Shown piece after piece: positions 18,181 to 28,970 of a stretch of DNA of 64,000 bases. The first letter of the stretch is position 1, and every line of letters starts with the position of its first letter. Location: NCBI GenBank assembly GCA_963726255.1, contig CAVSBL010000002.1, positions 512,001 to 576,000 on the forward strand. Direction: 5' to 3'. A program made the translations under genes and the position numbers. The DNA comes from Candidatus Bathyarchaeota archaeon (GTDB lineage: Archaea; Thermoproteota; Bathyarchaeia; 40CM-2-53-6). The notes beneath the pieces were generated by a model. The model ran no database searches. It saw nothing but the letters and a program-made list of their open reading frames with translations, and had not been told where the DNA came from.

Positions 18181-19627
18181 TGCCTTCGGAAGGTAACCGT
18201 GAGGCTTTCATCGAACGCGCAAAAGCAGTTTCAAACGTAATCAAAGAGCACCTCCAATCAAACTCATTTTTCATGGTCGTATCCCACCACGACGCGGACG
18301 GCTTGTCATGCGCAGGAATAATGGGCGCCGCCCTAGCACGTGCCAATGCCAGATTCACAATTCGAATAGTCGAGGAATTACGCGAGGAATATGTGGACGA
18401 CATCTCAAAAACAAAACCTGACATCGCAATCTTCACGGACATTGGAAGCGGCTACTTGGACGTCTTGAGTTCCCACCTCGAAGCAAAGGCAACTCTCATA
18501 CTTGATCACCACCCACCAAGCGGCGAGGCGCCCAGCAGAATCACCCAACTAAACCCACATGAGTTCGGAATAGACGGGGCTACCAGGGTGAGCGCAGCAG
18601 GTGTCACTTACCTTGTGACTCGCGCGCTCTCTGAGGCCAACAAGGACTTGAGCGCGCTGGCAATCGTTGGGGCACTCGGCGACATGCAAGATAAGAACGA
18701 AAAAAGGTCGCTATTGGGGTTGAACGAGATACTGGTTGAGGACGGCATTTCATCTGGAAGCGTGAAGGTAGACACGGACCTTGTGGTTTACGGAAGAGAA
18801 ACACGGCCGATTCATAGGTCATTGGCATTCACCACAACTCCCTACATGCCGAACCTGAGCGGCCGCGAAGACAACTGCCTAACACTCCTCTCGAACGCCG
18901 GAATCAAGCTGAAGGAGGGCGACAGATTCCGGACTATAGCTGACCTTAGACAGGATGAAAAACAGACGCTAGTCAACGCCATAATGGGTTACTTATCCTC
19001 CATAGGTTTTCAATCAAGCGTCGTTCTCGACATGGTCGGGTCCGTTTACACATTGGTAAATGAGCCCCCCGGTGGCCCGACGAGGACGCGAGAGAGTTCT
19101 CAGCCTTATTGAACGCCTGCGGCCGCACAGGCAACCCATCCATAGGAGTCAGCGTGGGCATGGGTGATAGGAAAACTGCCCTGGAAGAGGCAAATGAAGT
19201 CGTGGCAGTCTACAGAAAGACGCTTGCAAGTTACATGGAATGGCTAACAAAATCACCTGACGCAATTCAGAAATTCAAAGCAATATGGGTCATTCGCGGG
19301 GAGAACCATATTCAAGAGAGCATGACCGGAGCGTTCTCTTCAATTCTCTCCTCAGCTGGTAACCTCTCATCCGATAACGCAATAATCGTCTTAACGAAAG
19401 CCAAGGACGGCGGGATCAAGCTCTCGGCCAGGGCGCCACCCAAACTGCTGAAGATGGGTGTAAACTTGGGTTCCGCACTCACCATAACGGCGAAGAAGTA
19501 CTCTGGTTTTGGGGGAGGACACAACGTCGCAGCGGGGGCCCACATAAAAGTCGACGACCCCACCCAATTCCTCCAGGATCTTGACCACGCCCTTCTTGAC
19601 CAGATGAAAGAGAATGTTGGAAGCTGA
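18180..19627 (+). CDS. RecJ/GAN-like DHH phosphoesterase (1-nt frameshift at about 19085)
   Basis: HHDADG, DHH, GGGH; one extra G restores TRDAREFSALLNACGR; sits in the rps15-DHH-pcc-rps3ae block. Confidence 0.88.
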
Positions 19628-19874
19628 AATCTCCCTCCGCTACCCTTCCGCACTTTTCGCGAAGAGCGTCATGAAAGGAATCTTGCCTGACAACAAATTA
19701 ACTGGTCGCCGAATGCAGATTTACGCCAGCGTGAGCGGAAAGACGTTGAGAGTGCGCGTAAGGCAATGCGAGCGAGTTGAGACGCTGCAGACAACCGTGC
19801 AAGACATTTTCCGGTGCATCCGTGCCGCTGAATCTTCTCTGATGAAACTCTCGGCTTCACGACAGCCTCTATGA
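19614..19874 (+). CDS. KEOPS Pcc1-family subunit
   Basis: ILPDN motif, 86 aa, conserved position before rps3ae. Confidence 0.8.
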   Translation: MLEAEISLRYPSALFAKSVMKGILPDNKLTGRRMQIYASVSGKTLRVRVRQCERVETLQTTVQDIFRCIRAAESSLMKLSASRQPL

Positions 19875-19901
19875 AGCCTGCTGGAATTTTGCTCTGAACC
19901 A

Positions 19902-19909
19902 TTTAAATA
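19902..19909 (+). promoter_or_regulatory. TATA box candidate for rps3ae
   Basis: TTTAAATA about 50 nt upstream of the start. Confidence 0.5.
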
Positions 19910-19957
19910 CCGCCCAACCGGTACGTTGCTGAATTCCGAAGTTAAGGTGGGATACCG

Positions 19958-20608
19958 TTGTCCAAAGCCACGAGAAAAGTCAGGGACAAGTGGAGGCTGA
20001 AGGAATGGTACGACATATACAGCCCGCCATATTTCGGCGAAAATATCGTGGCGAGCATACCATGCGAAGTTCCCTCCGCCATAATTGGACGGGTTGTGGA
20101 AACTACACTTTATGACATAACGAATGACTTCGCCCACCAATCAATCAAACTATACTTCTTGGTCGTTAACGCGCAAGAACACAGGGCAAGTACGATTCTC
20201 AAGTCACACGAATACGCGAGCGATTATTTGCGCAGCCTCGTCAGGCGGGGCAGCACCAGAATGGACGGCATCTTCACCGCAACAACAAGGGATCAGTACT
20301 CTTCCAGGCTTTCGATCGTGGCGTTCACCCGCGACAGGATCAAGGCGTCTCAGGAGCACGGGGTTCGCCAGGTAATGCGGCAGATTGTTGAAGATAAAGC
20401 AGCCAACCTGAACTACGACCAGCTATCACAAGAGTTCGTGCTAGGTAAGTTGGGGTCCGACATTTACAATCTCGCTAAGAAAATCGCACCCTTGAGGCAT
20501 GTGGGCGTCAGGAAATCTAGGCTTGTCTCGATTCCAGCAGGAGTGATTGCAACTCCAGCCCAGATCATGGAGCAGGCCAAAGCAGCACAGACCGCTGTCG
20601 CAGCCTAG
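19958..20608 (+). CDS. rps3ae: 30S ribosomal protein S3Ae (eS1)
   Basis: RDKWRLKEWY, GRVVETTLYDIT, DYLRSLVRR. Confidence 0.97.
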   Translation: MSKATRKVRDKWRLKEWYDIYSPPYFGENIVASIPCEVPSAIIGRVVETTLYDITNDFAHQSIKLYFLVVNAQEHRASTILKSHEYASDYLRSLVRRGSTRMDGIFTATTRDQYSSRLSIVAFTRDRIKASQEHGVRQVMRQIVEDKAANLNYDQLSQEFVLGKLGSDIYNLAKKIAPLRHVGVRKSRLVSIPAGVIATPAQIMEQAKAAQTAVAA

Positions 20609-20883
20609 CGCGTCGTTCTCTTATACATGCGTTTAATCTCTTCATGTATCTCGTCGAGCTCGCGTTGCAGCTCATCCACTTTGACGCTATCGCTGGAATC
20701 GCCCGCGCCAGATGTGGAAAACATACTCTTCAGCTGGTCAGCTTTTTCCGTTGCAAGGCGTAACCGCTCCTGAACGTCGGCCATCCTCTCGAGCCCATGC
20801 AGGAAACCGGCCAACCCAGCCGTCAACGCGCCTGCAGCTACTCCCGCAAGGAAGGAAACAACATCAAAAACCATAATCTGCAC
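20605..20883 (-). CDS. Hypothetical protein (N-terminal TM helix + coiled coil)
   Basis: Fills the gap between genes; hydrophobic GxxxG helix followed by heptad-like region. Confidence 0.65.
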   Translation of the reverse strand: MQIMVFDVVSFLAGVAAGALTAGLAGFLHGLERMADVQERLRLATEKADQLKSMFSTSGAGDSSDSVKVDELQRELDEIHEEIKRMYKRTTR

Positions 20884-20963
20884 ACGGCATTTACCCTATC
20901 TTTGCCATATATCTAATTTAAAGCGCTAAGGGCCAACGTTAACGAGTGGTTGGGTAGCGGAAC

Positions 20964-22244
20964 GTGAAGGCAGTTGTACTAGCTGCGGGAGAAGGAACTC
21001 GCATGTGGCCACTCGCGGCCACCAAGCCGAAACACCTACTTCCGGTTGCCGGAAAGCCGATCATCTCGTACCTTCTTCAAGCACTCGCTGATAATTCCGT
21101 GAGGGAAGTCATTGTTGTCGTCGGTTACATGGGGGAGCAGGTCGCATCTGCACTGGGCGACGGGGCCAGCTTCGGCCTCAACATCGAGTACATAAGCCAG
21201 CCACGTTGGACGGGAACAGCTTCCGCGATTAAGATCACCCATGCTGCTGTGGGAGATGACCCCTTCCTCGCAATATACGGGGACCTTTGGGTAAGCCCAT
21301 CAGCCATCCAAGCAGTCGTCGAGAAATCGCAAGAATCTTCCAAGGTCATGGGGGTCGTGCGCGTAGAGAACCCCGCCGAATTTGGGGTTGTTACGATTCA
21401 TGGGGAAAGGGTTGCTGCAATACGCGAGAAGCCTTCGAATTCACGCAGATCAGAGGGCTGGGTAAACTCAGGCATCTACCTCCTAGACCGGGAGGTTTTC
21501 GAAGCGATAGAGAAAACTACGAAGTCAAAGCGAGCAGAGTACGAACTGACCAGTTCCCTTCAACACTTGATCGACCAACGAAAAGAGGTGAGGAGCGCGG
21601 TCATCGCGCGGGAAGACTGGATGGATATCGGCAGGCCTTGGGATCTCCTCGAAGCCAACGAGAGAGCCCTCACAAACTTACCCCACCGTGTGAATGGAAT
21701 CGTTGAACAAGGGGCGGTGTTGAAAGGCCCTGTATGGCTCGAGGAAAGCGCCTCAATCAAATCCGGCAGCTACGTTGAGGGGCCGGTATACATAGGCAAA
21801 GAGAGCAGAGTCGGGCCCAACGCGAGAATCCGTCCCTCCACGAGCATTGGAGACAACGTTTTCGTGGGGGCATCCTGCGAAGTCAAGAACAGCATAATCA
21901 TGAACGGAACAAGGGTCCCACACCTCTCCTACTTAGGCGACAGCATAATCGGTGAAAACTGCAACATCGCTGCCGGAACAATAACGGCAAACATACGCTT
22001 GGACGAAAGAGTGATCAGCGTGGAGGTAAAGGGCCGAATGCAGAGCACGGGCAGGAAGAAGCTCGGCGTCATAATGGGTGATGCAGTTCAGACGGGAATA
22101 AACGCAAACATCATGCCGGGAATCAGAATCGGTTCAGGCGCGCACATCGGCCCTGGTACCGTCATCTTGGAAGATGTCAAGTCGGGGCAGGTCGTATTCG
22201 CGAGGCAATCACTCGTGAAAAAGCCTGCGGCGAAGCGAAGGTAA
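20964..22244 (+). CDS. glmU: Bifunctional sugar-1-phosphate nucleotidyltransferase/acetyltransferase (GlmU-like)
   Basis: LAAGEGTR, PKHL, hexapeptide repeats, HLSYLGDS. Confidence 0.9.
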   Translation: MKAVVLAAGEGTRMWPLAATKPKHLLPVAGKPIISYLLQALADNSVREVIVVVGYMGEQVASALGDGASFGLNIEYISQPRWTGTASAIKITHAAVGDDPFLAIYGDLWVSPSAIQAVVEKSQESSKVMGVVRVENPAEFGVVTIHGERVAAIREKPSNSRRSEGWVNSGIYLLDREVFEAIEKTTKSKRAEYELTSSLQHLIDQRKEVRSAVIAREDWMDIGRPWDLLEANERALTNLPHRVNGIVEQGAVLKGPVWLEESASIKSGSYVEGPVYIGKESRVGPNARIRPSTSIGDNVFVGASCEVKNSIIMNGTRVPHLSYLGDSIIGENCNIAAGTITANIRLDERVISVEVKGRMQSTGRKKLGVIMGDAVQTGINANIMPGIRIGSGAHIGPGTVILEDVKSGQVVFARQSLVKKPAAKRR

Positions 22245-22254
22245 TTCTAGTGGG

Positions 22255-23466
22255 CTAGGCGTGTCTCTTCGTGCTTGTAATCGAGATGACGTCTCTATCT
22301 TTCAAAACATAGTCATCCGCCACTCGCATCTTCGACCTGATTTCAGTTGCGTAAAGGAATCCTTCCGCCAAGTCGGAATGAATCACCCCGGCGAATTGTT
22401 TCGCTGTCGTTCCGTATGGGACGAGGTATGCGTCGGGGAGAACCCTGCCCTTATGGTCAGTGAGTTTCTCGGGGTCTTCGACGGGATACACGGTCACCAT
22501 CTGGAGAAGTTTGAAGAAAGCTAAGTTCAACGCTTCCTGAACTCCCGTCGACCCCAACGGTATGAGGACCTGTTCCTTTATTCTCGTAAGGGCGTCAACC
22601 TGTTCGGTTGAGAGCTTACTCTTGTCGCTTATTCCGAAATTCCCGTCACCTGGAACATAGGAGACAATTCCCTTCTCAGCAGCTCTTCTCAGGGCGAGTT
22701 CAGCTTCGGCACAGCAGGGAACCACCATGTAGCCCATTGCTCTCAACGCTTCCAAGTTCTTCTCAGCGGGTGGGACATCCATTTTGTTGGCGGCGATCAG
22801 CAGGGGTTTCGAAGCCTTACGAAGTTCCGTAATTAGGCCAAGTAGGTTCTCGTCGGACCAGGCGCTGGGTTTCTCAAAATTAAGTTTGGTCTTAGCCTTG
22901 GCTGAGAACAGGTGCTCCTTGCGGATCCCGAGCCCACTCAGCTTGTCTTCTAATATTGGAAGAAGGTCACCTTTGGCCCCTTCGACTTGCCTCACGGCTC
23001 GGTCCCATTCTTTCTTGACAATCTGGAGAAGCCACATGTCCAGTTCATGTTCTAGAAAACGCACATCTTCCTTCGGGTCGTGGGTCCCCGGGTCGCACGG
23101 TTTTCCTTCAGAATCGGTTCCGCCAGAAGCGTCCACAATATGGATGAGTGCATCCGCCTGACGAATTTCGTCGAGAAACTGGTTTCCTAGGCCTCGGCCT
23201 TGCCAGGCACCTGGAACTAGTCCGGCGCAGTCAACGAGTTCAACTGGCACTAGGCGTATCGAGTTGACACACGTGGAGTTGCCGGGCGAGTCGGTAACAT
23301 TGAACTCAGGGTGCACACAGGGCGTCCTGACGTATCCCATCCCAATGTTGGGCTTTATCGTTGTGAAAGGATAGTTAGCGATCGGGACATGTGCTAGCGT
23401 AGCCGCATTGAAGAATGTGCTTTTTCCAACGTTCGGTTTTCCAACGACACCGACGATGCGAGGCAA
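22255..23466 (-). CDS. ychF: Obg-family ATPase YchF
   Basis: GKPNVGKST, NYPFTTI, GRGLGNQFL, ANKMD, TGS domain. Confidence 0.95.
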   Translation of the reverse strand: MPRIVGVVGKPNVGKSTFFNAATLAHVPIANYPFTTIKPNIGMGYVRTPCVHPEFNVTDSPGNSTCVNSIRLVPVELVDCAGLVPGAWQGRGLGNQFLDEIRQADALIHIVDASGGTDSEGKPCDPGTHDPKEDVRFLEHELDMWLLQIVKKEWDRAVRQVEGAKGDLLPILEDKLSGLGIRKEHLFSAKAKTKLNFEKPSAWSDENLLGLITELRKASKPLLIAANKMDVPPAEKNLEALRAMGYMVVPCCAEAELALRRAAEKGIVSYVPGDGNFGISDKSKLSTEQVDALTRIKEQVLIPLGSTGVQEALNLAFFKLLQMVTVYPVEDPEKLTDHKGRVLPDAYLVPYGTTAKQFAGVIHSDLAEGFLYATEIRSKMRVADDYVLKDRDVISITSTKRHA

Positions 23467-23490
23467 ATGCGAATTTCCTACGGCGGGGTC

Positions 23491-24177
23491 CTAGCTATCC
23501 GAGGGGAGGCCTGTAATCCGGATCCCTGCGCCTTTAACTTTATAACGCATATTTATGCCGATGAGAAGTGCTGTGATCTGTTCCACTATTCTCGAATTCT
23601 CCAAGCGACCCCCATCAATTGCCTTAACGCCGGGTATCTTTCTAGCAAGATCCATGACGGCATTTCTAACCTCGAGGGAATCGCCGCAGACTATCACATC
23701 CGAATCAATATCCCTGCTAATGTCTTGAAGTGACTCCGCGACCACGTTGTGGAATGCGGACGCGACCTTAGTGTGCGGCGGAAGAAGCCTAACCGCCTGT
23801 TGCGCGGCTGAACCTTCCCACACTCCGAGCGCTGTAGACGCGCCCCCTCCTACGGCTGTGGAGAGGGGAACCACGACGTCCACGAATACGTCGTCTGGTT
23901 TGATGCTATCATGAACCGACTTAATCATATCCACATGGGCTGCGAAGGGGACCGACATGACGATTATGTCCGCTGCGGCTGCAGCCTTCGGATTTTCCAT
24001 GCCTGAAACTGGGGGGTTGCCTCCGAGGATATCTCGAGCCTTCTTGGCGGCGTCCTCGGCTTTTTGCTGCTGCCTGGACCCTATGATGATTGTCTCCCCT
24101 GCCTTAGCCCAACGGAGAACCAATCCAAAACCTTGATCGCCTGTTCCACCGATCACCGCTATGGTTCGATTAGGCAT
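23491..24177 (-). CDS. npdG: NADPH-dependent F420 reductase
   Basis: GGTGDQGFGL, IGSR, GSAAQ, SAFHNV. Confidence 0.9.
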   Translation of the reverse strand: MPNRTIAVIGGTGDQGFGLVLRWAKAGETIIIGSRQQQKAEDAAKKARDILGGNPPVSGMENPKAAAAADIIVMSVPFAAHVDMIKSVHDSIKPDDVFVDVVVPLSTAVGGGASTALGVWEGSAAQQAVRLLPPHTKVASAFHNVVAESLQDISRDIDSDVIVCGDSLEVRNAVMDLARKIPGVKAIDGGRLENSRIVEQITALLIGINMRYKVKGAGIRITGLPSDS

Positions 24178-24265
24178 AGTCTAAGACACCGTGAAATTCT
24201 TGCCAGTAGAATACGGGATTAAAGGCTAGCCCTCCAAGTCCAGAACTGGAACGTTCTACCGCCAC

Positions 24266-25599
24266 TCAGGTTGGAAACTCTTGGATGAACCCGCCCCTCA
24301 TCATATACCGCGTCTGCTCGCGCGCACGCTTAATGATCGACCTAGCGCTCGTATACAATTCGTCATGCGTCCGCTTCAATCTCGCAACACCTTGCTCAAT
24401 CGCCTTCTCAGCAACTGCTGTGGCTTCACGGGAAAGACTTCCCAATCATCCATCGTAGGAATAATGTTCTTCGCCGATAGGCCACGCTCTTCCGCGACTT
24501 TTGCCAGTTCGAACGCCGCTGCCAGGCACATTTCATCGCTGATCGTCTTTGCCCGAATGTCGATGGTCCCTCGGAATATTCCGGGGAAGCCAAGTGAATT
24601 GTTGAGTTGGTTGGGAAAATCGGAACGCCCAGTTGCGATAACTGCTGCACCTCCTTCTTCCGCTTCCCAAGGCCAAATTTCCGGAATCGGGTTGGCGCAA
24701 GCGAAGACGATGGCATCGTCACTCATTTTGGAAACCTGCTCCTTTGTCAAAACTCCTGGACCTGGGGTGGAGAGCGCGATACAGGCATCCGTTCCAGCCA
24801 TGGCGACCTCGATGCCTCCCTCCCTTTCCTCCGCGTTAGTGGTTTGGGCGAGTTTCCATTTCTTTGGCGAGGCGTGTTCGAGGTCTTTTCTGCTGTGGTG
24901 AAGTATGCCTTTACTATCGACGAGTATGAGGTTGCCTGGTTTCGCTCCAGCCGAGACCAAAAGACGAGCGAGCGTGACGTTTGCGGCACCTGCCCCTATC
25001 ATTGACACTTTGACTTCGGGCAGTTTCTTTCCAACAACTTTGATGGCGTTGACGAAGCCCGCGAGAACGACGGTGGCGGTTCCCTGTTGGTCGTCATGCC
25101 ACACGGGGATGTCGAGCTGTCCTTGAAGAGCTTCGAGCACTTCGAAACATTTGGGTTGAGCGATGTCTTCCAAGTTAATCCCTCCAAACGAGGGTTGAAT
25201 CCATTTCACAGCCGCAACTATTTCTTCAGCCTTCTTGGTTCCGAGACAGATAGGGAAAGCATCAATGCCGCCAAGATACTTGTACAGCAAGGCTTTCCCC
25301 TCCATGACGGGGAGCCCCGCTTCTGGCCCGATGTCACCGAGGCCGAGGATCCTAGACCCATCGGTCACTATGGCTATGGTATTCCACTTGTTTGTGTTCT
25401 CGTAGACTGCCTCAGGCCTAGCCTTTATTGTCTCACAAGCTTCGGCAACGCCGGGCGTGTACCAAATCGCGAAGTCGTCAAATGAGCGAATGGGGCACTT
25501 TGGAACAATCTCAATTTTCCCGCGGTAAAACGGATGGTACTTCAGTGCGAGTTGTGCGGGTAGGTATGCTTTCCTCAATGATTCGTCGGTTGATTTCAT
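24266..25599 (-). CDS. NAD(P)-dependent malic enzyme (1-nt frameshift at about 24431)
   Basis: YTPGVA, GLGDIG, PVMEGK, HDDQQGT, GAGAA; one extra C restores VFPREATAVA and a stop at 24266. Confidence 0.92.
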
Positions 25600-25727
25600 T
25601 CCTCAACTTTCCTTCCTAGGTTGCAAGTCACTTAAATAGCAGCGCGGCTCTCAAACTGCCGGAAGCTCAGAGAAAAACGCCATTTGTCTTAAAGTTTCAC
25701 AATAATTGGTTGCGGTCGAGATATCCC

Positions 25728-26159
25728 ATGGGCACGTACAAGTATTTGATTCAGACGTGGAATCAGCGAGAGAAAACGGACCTCCAACAGTATCTCCGGC
25801 AAGTCGCCATAAAATGGAGAAGGGAACCAACTGTTCACAGGGTTCAGCATCCTACAAGGCCAGACCGGGCAAGGGCTCTTGGCTACAAGGCTAAGCAGGG
25901 GTACGTGGTCGTTCGCGTTCGCATAAGGAAAGGGGGAGCCCGCAAACCGCGCCCTAGGGCAGGTCGGAGGCAGAAGGCCCTCGGCGTGACGAGGTACACA
26001 CGAGCTATGAGCTTGAAGAATATTGCAGAGCAGAAAGCAAAGAAGAAGTTCCCAAACCTTCGAGTCCTAAACTCGTACTACGTTTGGGAAGACGGGATGC
26101 ACCACTGGTTTGAAACGATATTGCGTGACCCAGACAACCCCTCCTCCGCAATTGCGTAG
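25728..26159 (+). CDS. rpl15e: 50S ribosomal protein L15e (short form, 143 aa)
   Basis: PTRPDRARALGYKAKQG, LNSYYV; ends shortly after the DP..P motif. Confidence 0.93.
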   Translation: MGTYKYLIQTWNQREKTDLQQYLRQVAIKWRREPTVHRVQHPTRPDRARALGYKAKQGYVVVRVRIRKGGARKPRPRAGRRQKALGVTRYTRAMSLKNIAEQKAKKKFPNLRVLNSYYVWEDGMHHWFETILRDPDNPSSAIA

Positions 26160-26200
26160 GATCAGCGTCGAAACGCTAATGGTCTCTACGTTCGAGACTA

Positions 26201-27037
26201 ATGCTCACTCTTCCGCCTTTGTCTGAGGCGGTTACATTGGATAAGCCTTTAGTTGTCATAAAGCTAGGGGGCTCCGCCCTCACCGATAAGAGAAGAATCT
26301 ACACCCCGCGAATCCCCGCAATCCATAGGGCCGCCAAACAAATTGCAGGAATTCGAGAACATTGCTCAGTTGTCTTAGTACACGGGGCGGGAAGCTACGG
26401 CCACATTCCAGTTAGAAAATACGGACTCCAAAGCGGCCTGAGAAGTCCCAAGCAACTCAAAGGACTGAGTTTGACAAAGTTCAACCTGTTGGAGTGGGAA
26501 CGCCTACTCAACGAAATTTTCCTAGAGCATAAAGTTCCCGTCATCCCGTTTCTTACGTCCGATTTCGTCATCATGAAGAAAGGAAGAATCGTTTCAGCGG
26601 AACTAAAGCCGTTAACGAACTGGTTACGTTTAGGCTGCGTTCCAATTACAGGCGGCGACATAGTGCCGGACCTTAGCGATGGCTTCTCAGTACTCTCTGG
26701 TGACCAGATCGCTGCATTCATCGCAGTAAGGCTCAAGGCGAAGAGGTTAGTGTACGCCGTTGACGTTGACGGAGTATTCAACTTCGACCCGAACCGTAAC
26801 TCAAAGGCTCAGCTTATCAACTCCCTTACTCCGACTTCGGCCGCTCGCCTAGTTTCAAAAGTGACTTCGGGAACCACGCCGGACGTGACTGGGGGAATGG
26901 CGGGAAAAATAAGAGAATCTCTGGCAGCAGTACGGCATCGCATACCTGTTTACTTTGTGAACTTGACCAAGGATGATAGGCTTCGCAAGGCTGCGTTAGG
27001 ACAAAATGTAGTGGGTTCTAGGCTCATAACGGGCTGA
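26201..27037 (+). CDS. Isopentenyl phosphate kinase
   Basis: IKLGGSALTDK, VHGAGSYGH, SGD, DVTGGMAGK. Confidence 0.88.
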   Translation: MLTLPPLSEAVTLDKPLVVIKLGGSALTDKRRIYTPRIPAIHRAAKQIAGIREHCSVVLVHGAGSYGHIPVRKYGLQSGLRSPKQLKGLSLTKFNLLEWERLLNEIFLEHKVPVIPFLTSDFVIMKKGRIVSAELKPLTNWLRLGCVPITGGDIVPDLSDGFSVLSGDQIAAFIAVRLKAKRLVYAVDVDGVFNFDPNRNSKAQLINSLTPTSAARLVSKVTSGTTPDVTGGMAGKIRESLAAVRHRIPVYFVNLTKDDRLRKAALGQNVVGSRLITG

Positions 27038-27040
27038 CGA

Positions 27041-27403
27041 CTAGAGCAATGGAAGTTCGCCCGTTATCTTATCAACACGCTCTGCGGGTGCCGGACCGAT
27101 ACCTACGCACGTGGGAGTGCCTGGCTCTACTTGAGTGAGGCCGCTATCGTGGATTATCGCAGAAGCCAAACCTAATTCCTCTGCACTCCTCTTAAGTTCG
27201 AGCAGGTCGCTTTCAGAATTCACCTTGACTACAACCTTCGCCTGCCCCTCGTGGAACCATTCCCTCCACCAGTCCGGATGTTGCCTGCGCGTCTCCTCAG
27301 CAACCGTGATGGCCGCGTGGCCAACCTGTACAGCAATCTTACCCTTCCCCATATCCAAGTCGCGTCTGACCGCAACCACCAGTTTATACTTGAAATCTGA
27401 CGT
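27041..27403 (-). CDS. pth2: Peptidyl-tRNA hydrolase Pth2
   Basis: DLDMGKGKIAVQVGHA, DSGLTQ, GIGP; the conserved N-terminus extends to an ACG codon at 27403. Confidence 0.93.
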   Translation of the reverse strand, partial: TSDFKYKLVVAVRRDLDMGKGKIAVQVGHAAITVAEETRRQHPDWWREWFHEGQAKVVVKVNSESDLLELKRSAEELGLASAIIHDSGLTQVEPGTPTCVGIGPAPAERVDKITGELPLL

Positions 27404-27430
27404 AGCCGGAGCCCCGCCTTTTATTCAACC

Positions 27431-27913
27431 ATGTGGCAAATAAGTGCGAACAAGAGTCCGGTGTTCAAGTTGAATACACATGCCGTCCAGTCCGTTGAGA
27501 TCAGCGCAATCGCCCACGCGACGGACGATCTCGAGAAGGTTCAGGCCGCGCTTACAAAAATTCTGCCTGAATCCTTGAAGGGGCGGCAACTCTTCACGAG
27601 AAGGTACCTGGAAGGGCACTACAGGAACCCTATCACCACTTTTGAGGCAAGGCTTACAAAGCCTGCAGAGGTTGAAGAATTCACAACCAGCTTCTTTCGT
27701 CATCTGACAAAGAGCGAGAAACTGCGGATCGAGAGAGACCTCGCTCTCCACTCGGACATGGAAGGCAACCTTTACGTCAGAATTGATAAGCAAAAGGCGT
27801 TCGGTGGAGTCGTCGAGCTCGGGGAAGAGGATCCAATTCGTGTCCGGTTCAAGTTCAATCGCCTAAGCGGCGAAGCCACGGAACTCATGAAGACAATCTT
27901 GGGAGCTGAGTAG
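27431..27913 (+). CDS. DUF54 family RNA-binding protein
   Basis: HATDD, GHYRNPI, LYVRIDKQ; precedes rpp30; the true start may lie slightly downstream. Confidence 0.85.
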   Translation: MWQISANKSPVFKLNTHAVQSVEISAIAHATDDLEKVQAALTKILPESLKGRQLFTRRYLEGHYRNPITTFEARLTKPAEVEEFTTSFFRHLTKSEKLRIERDLALHSDMEGNLYVRIDKQKAFGGVVELGEEDPIRVRFKFNRLSGEATELMKTILGAE

Positions 27914-27914
27914 T

Positions 27915-28625
27915 CTGGCGAAGTACGCAGACCTGCACGTAATTCCACGAGTTGAGGACGAAAGGTCATGTAGGCGAATGGCTGAGCTGATAAGAATCGC
28001 TGGTTACTCTGCTGTAGGATTAACGGTTCCGACCGGCTTGCTGCGTGAGAGGATTACCCTACTAAGGAATGTCTTCAGTGAGACTGGACTTGAGACTGCG
28101 CTCCGAATAGACTTGACTTCAACTTCGAGAATGGAACTGCTTCGGTTGCTGCGACGGTTCAGGAATTCATACGATGTCGTCGCGGTGAAGTGCGTTAACT
28201 CTCGCGTTGCAACCGTCGCTTGCAGGGATAGACGAGTCGACGTCATTTACTTTGACCATACGAACAGAGCTGTCAGATTCACCCATCCACTCGCCAACCT
28301 TCTTCGAGGGGCCATCGAATTCAACCTAGTCTCCACGCTCCTCAAGGAATCGAGAGGTGAAGTGCTCTCTGCAATCATGAAACAGTGTGCAATTGCTCGA
28401 GAGCACAAGGTCAGCGTAGCCCTATCGAGTGGATGTAACCATCCAGAGCTAGTTAGGAGCCCGCTTCAAATCTGTGCCCTCGCCTCCGCGATGGGTCTAT
28501 CCGAAATGCAGGCCCTTGCTGGCGTATCCTCAACACCCCTCTCGATCATCAAACGCAACTTAGCCCATCGTTCACCGCAATTCGTAGAAGAAGGAGTGCG
28601 TGTCGTCTTACCCAAGGTGCATTAA
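27915..28625 (+). CDS. rnp3: RNase P protein Rpp30
   Basis: YADLH N-terminus in frame upstream of the first ATG, RVDVI, SSG...VRSP; followed by pop5. Confidence 0.85.
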   Translation: MAKYADLHVIPRVEDERSCRRMAELIRIAGYSAVGLTVPTGLLRERITLLRNVFSETGLETALRIDLTSTSRMELLRLLRRFRNSYDVVAVKCVNSRVATVACRDRRVDVIYFDHTNRAVRFTHPLANLLRGAIEFNLVSTLLKESRGEVLSAIMKQCAIAREHKVSVALSSGCNHPELVRSPLQICALASAMGLSEMQALAGVSSTPLSIIKRNLAHRSPQFVEEGVRVVLPKVH

Positions 28626-28630
28626 CGATA

Positions 28631-28939
28631 ATGGCAAAGCGTTACATCCTAGTCAAAGTTGTTTCGGACCAACCTGTATCACGGGACCAGTTTGGAAGTG
28701 CTGTTATCGATTCAGTTCGGAGGAACTTCGGCGAGATTGGCCTGTGCAGAATTGACCCTAAGGTTGTACGTTTTGACGGAGTAGGATCACGCGCTATTGT
28801 GGCCTGCAGAGCCGGCGCGGCAGGCGAGCTTCAAGCCGCGGTTACCCTGATTTCCGAAGCCGCTGGAACCCGTATCACGCCCTTGGTTGTTGGCGTTTCT
28901 GGAACGATAAAGGCTCTTGGAAAAAGAAGGCCAAGGTAA
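28631..28939 (+). CDS. rnp2: RNase P protein Pop5/Rpp14
   Basis: KRYI, FGEIG, GVSGTIK. Confidence 0.9.
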   Translation: MAKRYILVKVVSDQPVSRDQFGSAVIDSVRRNFGEIGLCRIDPKVVRFDGVGSRAIVACRAGAAGELQAAVTLISEAAGTRITPLVVGVSGTIKALGKRRPR

Positions 28940-28970
28940 CTTTTTCTTTCGGGCAACATGCTTTGAGTCC

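Noticed and set aside
24281-24901. Long antisense ORFs (also 12640-13350, 32984-33844, 38843-39352)
   Set aside because: Shadow ORFs opposite well-supported genes, with no recognisable motifs.
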